This document shows, piece after piece, positions 57,601 through 64,000 of a stretch of DNA of 64,000 nucleotides. Position numbers and translations under genes: made by a program. A model generated the notes under the pieces. It searched no databases and was not told the origin of the DNA. It worked only from the letters and a program-made list of their open reading frames with translations. How positions within the stretch are numbered: position 1 is the stretch's first letter; each line of letters starts with the position of its first letter. The stretch is from Mayamaea pseudoterrestris (lineage: Eukaryota), in contig BROI01000028.1 of NCBI GenBank assembly GCA_027923505.1, forward strand, positions 62,001 to 126,000, written 5' to 3'.

Positions 57601-60600
57601 ACAAGACCATTTACACCAGATGTACCAACTTGTAGTGCAGCCCAAACAATGATGTTGGCACCATTCTGGTGTAATTTGGGAACCTACAGGGCTTGCTGTA
57701 GGGGCGTTTAATTGTCACGGCATCTGCAGGCTGAGACTGGTGACAAGTTGTCACCAAATACATTGCCATCCCCTGAGACATCATCCAAGCCTACCATCTT
57801 GTAGCGCAGCCTGAATAATGATGTTGGCACCATTCTGGTGTCATTTGGGAACCTACAGGGCTTGCTGTAGGGGCGTTTGAATGTCACGGCATCTGCGGGT
57901 TGAGACTGGTGACAAGTTGTCACCAAATACATTGCTGCCCCCTGAGACACCAGCCAGGCATACCATCTTGTAGCGCAGCCTGAATAAAGATGTTGGCACC
58001 ATTCTGGTGCAATTTGGGTATATACATGGCCTGCTGTAAGGACGTTTGAATGTCACGGCATCTGCGGGCTGAGACTGGTGACAAGTTGTCACCAATAACA
58101 TTGCCATCCCCTGAGACTACATCCAAGCCTACCATCTTGTAGTGCAGCCTGATTAAGGATGTTGGCACCATTCTGGTGTTTTTTGGGCATTTACAGGGCT
58201 TGCTGTAGGGGTGTTAAAATGTCATGGCATCTGTGTGCTGAGACTGGTGACAAGTTGTCACCAATATCATTGCCGTCCCCTGAAATACTAGTCAGGCATA
58301 CCATCTTGTAGCGCTGCATGAATAATGATGTTGGCACCATTCTGGTGTCATTTGGGTGTATACATGGCCTGCTGTAGGGGTGTTTGAATGTCACGGCATC
58401 TGCAGGCTGAGATTGGTGACAAGTTGTCACCAATATCACTGCCGTCCCCTGAGACACTAGCCAGGCATACTATCTTGTAGCGCAGCCTGAATAATGATGT
58501 TGGCACTATTCTGGTGTCATTTGGGTGTAAACATGGCCTGCTGTAGGTGTGTATGAATGTCACGGCATCTGCAGGCTGAGACTGGTGACAAGTTGTCACC
58601 AATATCATTGCTGTCCCCTGAGACACTAGCCAGGCATACCATCTCGTAGCGCAGCCTGAATAAGGATGTTGGCACCATTCTGGTGCATTTTGGGCACCTA
58701 CAGGGCTTGCTGTAGGGTGTCACGGCATCCGCGGGCTGAGACTGGTGACAAGTTGTCACCAATATCATTGCTGTCCCTTGAGACACTAGCCAGGCATACC
58801 ATCTTGTTGCGCAGCCTGAATAATGACGTTGGCACCATTCTGGTGTCATTTGGGTGTATACATGGCCTGCTGTAGGGGCGTTTCAATGTCACGGCATCTG
58901 CAGGCTGAGATTGGTGACAAGTTGTCACCAATATCACTGCCGTCCCCTGAGACACTAGCCAGGCATACCATCTTGTAGCGCAGCCTGAATAATGATGTTG
59001 GCACCATTCTGGTGTCATTTGGGTGTATACATGGCCTGCTGTAGGTGTGTATGAATGTCATGGCATCTGCAGGCTGAGACTGGTGACAAGTTGTCACCAA
59101 TATCATTGCTGTCCCCTGAGACACTAGCCAGGCATACCATCTCGTAGCGCAGCCTGAAAAAGGATGTTGGCACCATTCTGGTGTCATTTGGGTGTATACA
59201 TGGCCTGCTGTAGGGGTGTTTGAATGTCACGGCATCTGCAGGCTGAGATTGGTGACAAGTTGTCACCAATATCACTGCCGTCCCCTGAGACACTAGCCAG
59301 GCATACTATCTTGTAGCGCAGCCTGAATAATGATGTTGGCACTATTCTGGTGTCATTTGGGTGTAAACATGGCCTGCTGTAGGTGTGTATGAATGTCACG
59401 GCATCTGCAGGCTGAGACTGGTGACAAGTTGTCACCAATATCATTGCTGTCCCCTGAGACACTAGCCAGGCATACCATCTCGTAGCGCAGCCTGAAAAAG
59501 GATGTTGGCACCATTCTGGTGTCATTTGGGTGTATACATGGCCTGCTGTAGGGGTGTTTGAATGTCACGGCATCCGCGGGCTGAGACTGGTGACAAGTTG
59601 TCACCAATATCATTGCTGTCCCCTGAGACACTAGCCAGGCATACCATCTTGTAGCGCAGCCTGAATAATGACGTTGGCACCATTCTGGTGTCATTTGGGT
59701 GTATACATGGCCTGCTGTAGGGGCGTTTGAATGTCACGGCATCTGCAGGCTGAGACTGGTGACAAGTTGTCACCAATATCATTGCCGTCCCCTGAGTCAC
59801 TAGCCAGGCATACCAGCTTGTAGCGCAGCCTGAATGATGTTGTTGGCACAATTCTGGTCTCATTTGGGTGTATACATGGCCTGCTGTAGGGGTGTTTGAA
59901 TGTCACGGCATCCGCGGGCTGAGACTGGTGACAAGTTGTCACCAATATCATTGCCGTCCCCTGAGACACTAGCCAGGCATACCATGTTGTAGCTCAGCCT
60001 GAAAAAGGATGTTGGCACCATTCTGGTGTCATTTGGGTATATACATGGCATGCTGTAGGGGCGTTTGAATGTCATGGCAACTGCAGGCTGAGACTGGTGA
60101 CAAGTTGTCACCAATATCATTGCCGTCCCCTGAGACACTAGCCAGGCATACCATCTTGTAGCGCAGCCTGAATAATGATGTTGGCACCGTTCTGGTGTCA
60201 TTTGGGTATATACATGGCATGCTGTAGGGGCGTTTGAATGTCACGGCATCTGCAGGCTGAGACTGGTGACAAGTTGTCACCAATATCATTGCCGTCCCCT
60301 GAGACACTAGCCAGGCATACCATCTTGTAGCGCAGCCTGAATAATGATGTTGGCACCATTCTGGTGTCATTTGGGTGTATACATGGCCTGCTGTAGGGGC
60401 GTTTGAATGTCACAGCATCTGCAGGCTGAGACTGGTGACAAGTTGTCACCAATATCATTGCCATCCCCTGAGACACTAGCCAGGCATACCATCTTGTAGC
60501 GCAGCCTGAATAATGATGTTGGCACCGTTCTGGTGTCATTTGGGTGTATACATGGCCTGCTGTAGGTGTGTATGAATGTCATGGCATCTGCAGGCTGAGA

Positions 60601-63600
60601 CTGGTGACAAGTTGTCACCAATATCATTGCTGTCCCCTGAGACACTAGCCAGGCATACCATCTCGTAGCGCAGCCTGAAAAAGGATGTTGGCACCATTCT
60701 GGTGCATTTTGGGCACCTACAGGGCTTGCTGTAGGGGTGTCATGGCATCCGCAGGCTGAGACTGGTGACAAGTTGTCACCAATATCATTGCTGTCCCTTG
60801 AGACACTAGCCAGGCATACCATCTTGTAGCGCAGCCTGAATGATGATGTTGGCACCATTCTGGTGTCATTTGGGTGTATACATGGCCTGCTGTAGGGGCG
60901 TTTGAATGTCACGGCATCTGCAGGCTGAGACTGGTGACAAGTTGTCACCAATATCATTGCCGTCCCCTGAGACACTAGCCAGGCATACCAGCTTGTAGCG
61001 CAGCCTGAATGATGTTGTTGGCACAATTCTGGTCTCATTTGGGTGTATACATGGCCTGCTGTAGGGGTGTTTGAATGTCACGGCATCTGCAGGCTGAGAC
61101 TGGTGACAAGTTGTCACCAATATCATTGCCGTCCCCTGAGACACTAGCCAGGCATACCATCTTGTAGCGCAGCCTGAATAATGATGTTGGCACCATTCTG
61201 GTGTCATTTAGGTATATACTTGGCCTGCCGTAGGGGCATCTGAATGTCTCTGCAGGCTGAGACTGATGACAAGCTGTCACCAATCACAATGCCGTCCCCT
61301 GAGACACTAGCCAGGCATACCATCTTGTAGCGCAGCCTGAATAATGATGTTGGCACCATTCTGGTGTCATTTGGGTGTATACATGGCCTGCTGTAGGGGC
61401 GTTTGAATGTCACGGCATCTGCATGCTGAGACTGGTGACAAGTTGTCACCAATATCATTGCCATCCCCTGAGACACTAGCCAGGCATACCATCTTGTAGC
61501 GCAGCCTGAATAATGATGTTGGCACCATTCTGGTGTCATTTGGGTGTATACATGGCCTGCTGTAGGGGCGTTTGAATGTCACGGCATCTGCATGCTGAGA
61601 CTGGTGACAAGTTGTCACCAATATCATTGCCATCCCCTGAGACACTAGCCAGGCATACTATCTTCTAGCGCAGCCTGAATAATGATGTTGGCACCATTCT
61701 GGTGTCATTTGGGTGTATACATAGCCTGCTGTAGGGGCGTTTGAATGTCACGGCATCCGCAGGCTGAGACTGGTGACAAGTTGTCACCAATATCATTGCC
61801 GTCCCCTGAGACACTAGCCAGGCATACCATCTTGTAGCGCAGCCTGAATAATGATGTTGGCACCATTCTGGTGTCATTTGGGTGTATACATGGCCTGCTG
61901 TAGGGGCGTTTGAATGTCACGGCATCTGCAGGCTGAGACTGGTGACGAGTTGTCACCAATATCATTGCCGTCCCCTGAGACACTAGCCAGGCATACCATC
62001 TTGTAGCGCAGCCTGAATAATGATGTTGGCACCATTCTGGTGTCATTTGGGTGTATACATGGCCTGCTGTAGGGGCGTTTGAATGTCACGGCATCTGCAG
62101 GCTGAGACTGGTGACAAGTTGTCACCAATATCATTGCCGTCCCCTGAGACACTAGCCAGGCATACCATCTTGTAGCGCAGCCTGAATAATGATGTTGGCA
62201 CCATTCTGGTGTCATTTGGGTATATGCTTGGCCTGCTGTAGGTGTGTTTGAATGTCACGGCATCTGCAGGCTGAGACTGGTGACAAGTTGTCACCAATAT
62301 CATTGCCATCCCCTGAGACACTAGCCAGGCATACCATCTTGTAGCGCAGCCTGAATAATGATGTTGGCACCATTCTGGTGTCATTTGGGTGTATACATGG
62401 CCTGCTGTAGGGGCGTTTGAATGTCACGGCATCTGCAGGCTGAGACTGGTGACAAGTTGTCACCAATATCATTGCCGTCCCCTGAGACACTAGCCAGGCA
62501 TACCATCTTGTAGCGCAGCCTGAATAATGATGTTGGCACCATTCTGGTGTCATTTGGGTGTATACATGGCCTGCTGTAGGGGCGTTTGAATGTCACGGCA
62601 TCTGCAGGCTGAGACTGGTGACAAGTTGTCACCAATATCATTGCCGTCCCCTGAGACACTAGCCAGGCATACCATCTTGTAGCGCAGCCTGAATAATGAT
62701 GTTGGCACCATTCTGGTGTCATTTGGGTATATACATGGCCTGCTGTAGGGGCGTTTGAATGCAGCATCTGCAGGCTGAGACTGGTGACAAGTTGTCACCA
62801 ATCACAATGCCGTCCCCTGAGACACTAGCCAGGCATACCATCTTGTAGCGCAGCCTGAATAATGATGTTGGCACCATTCTGGTGTCATTTGGGTGTATAC
62901 ATGGCCTGCTGTAGGGGCGTTTGAATGTCACGGCATCTGCAGGCTGAGACTGGTGACAAGTTGTCACCAATATCATTGCCATCCCCTGAGACACTAGCCA
63001 GGCATACCATCTTGTAGCGCAGCCTGAATAATGATGTTGGCACCATTCTGGTGTCATTTGGGTGTATACATGGCCTGCTGTAGGGGCGTTTGAATGTCAC
63101 GGCATCCGCAGGCTGAGACTGGTGACAAGTTGTCACCAATATCATTGTTGTCCCTTGAGACACTAGCCAGGCATACAATCTTGTAGCGCAGCCTGAATTA
63201 TGATGTTGGCACCATTCTGGTGTCATTTGGGTGTATACATGGCCTGCTGTAGGGGCGTTTGAATGTCACGGCATCTGCAGGCTGAGACTGGTGACAAGTT
63301 GTCACCAATATCATTGCCGTCCCCTGAGACACTAGCCAGGCATACCATCTTGTAGCGCAGCCTGAATAATGATGTTGGCACCATTCTGGTGTCATTTGGG
63401 TGTATACATGGCCTGCTGTAGGGGCGTTTGAATGTCACGGCATCTGCAGGCTGAGACTGGTGACAAGTTGTCACCAATATCATTGCCGTCCCCTGAGACA
63501 CTAGCCAGGCATACCATCTTGTAGCGCAGCCTGAATAATGATGTTGGCACCATTCTGGTGTCATTTGGGTATAGTCATGGCCTGCTGTAGGGGTGATTGA

Positions 63601-64000
63601 ATGTCACGGCATCCGCGGGCTGAGACTGGTGACAAGTTGTCACTAATATCATTGCCATCCCCTGAGACACTAGCCAGGCATACCCTCTTGTAGCAGCCTA
63701 GGCCACACCATGTCACGATCTGGTGTCATTTGGGTGTACACATGGCCTGCTTTAGGGGCGTTTGAATGTCACGGCATCTGCAGGCTGAGACTGGTGACAA
63801 GTTGTCACCAATATCATTGCTGTCCCTTGAGACACTAGCCAGGCATACTATCTAGTAGCTCAGCCCGAATAATGATGTTGGCACTATTCTGGTGTCATTT
63901 GGGTGTATACATGGCCTGCCAAAGAGGCGTTTGAATGTCACGGCATCTGCAGGCTGAGACTGGTGACAAGTTGTCACCAATATCATTGCCGTCCCCTGAG
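54600..64000. repeat. 169-bp satellite array (~54 monomers), interrupted at 57285-57577 and running off the window end
   Basis: Monomer GGTGTCATTTGGGTGTATACATGGCCTGCTGTAGGGGCGTTTGAATGTCACGGCATCTGCAGGCTGAGACTGGTGACAAGTTGTCACCAATATCATTGCCGTCCCCTGAGACACTAGCCAGGCATACCATCTTGTAGCGCAGCCTGAATAATGATGTTGGCACCATTCT; ORF-track offsets of 169. Confidence 0.98.
57330..57577 (-). pseudogene. aroB: Second copy of the aroB 3' fragment, inside the duplication
   Basis: Appears identical to 54353-54600. Confidence 0.85.

Larger units (their letters stand above)
54308..60261. repeat. 2977-bp tandem duplication (54308-57284 and 57285-60261)
   Basis: Unique flank CATACATTACTATCC recurs at 57285; ORFs repeat with offset 2977. 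Confidence 0.95.

Noticed and set aside
54731..63564. Many 80-220 aa minus-strand ORFs (MTPEWCQHH...)
   Set aside because: They are by-products of a 169-bp unit that is not a multiple of 3, so frames rotate; no protein motif is recognisable.

Overview
This is eukaryotic nuclear DNA, most likely from a (pennate) diatom: genes are compact with short GT-AG introns, several carry bipartite plastid 'xSAF' presequences, and there is a CoDi-like Ty1/copia element. About 25 ordinary genes are present, including a plastid-targeted NirB-NirD nitrite reductase, sideroflexin, TANGO6-like, msrA, an ArfB/ICT1-type hydrolase, an M16 peptidase, a USP, a YtoQ-family protein and a Fluc channel. The most unusual structure is a 169-bp palindrome-rich satellite found as a short array (~25.8-27.0 kb) and a long array (54.6 kb to the window end). 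Each array's left edge directly abuts a decayed 3'-only fragment of a conserved host gene on the minus strand: Spo11/TopoVI-A at 25.25-25.81 kb and 3-dehydroquinate synthase (aroB) at 54.35-54.60 kb. Neither fragment is recognisable from the ORF track alone; I found them by manual translation, and their lesions fit CpG deamination. This suggests a satellite-bearing, gene-capturing mobile unit (inference). Other highlights: an apparently identical 2977-bp tandem duplication; a copia element (42562-46691, TSD GTTTG) with a deleted 5' LTR/gag, inserted at codon 9 of a glycosyltransferase gene and supplying a replacement in-frame ATG; a 19-nt micro-exon; a 42-bp promoter minisatellite; and an intergenic TACCGGTA palindrome. 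All family assignments come from motif recognition, not database searches.
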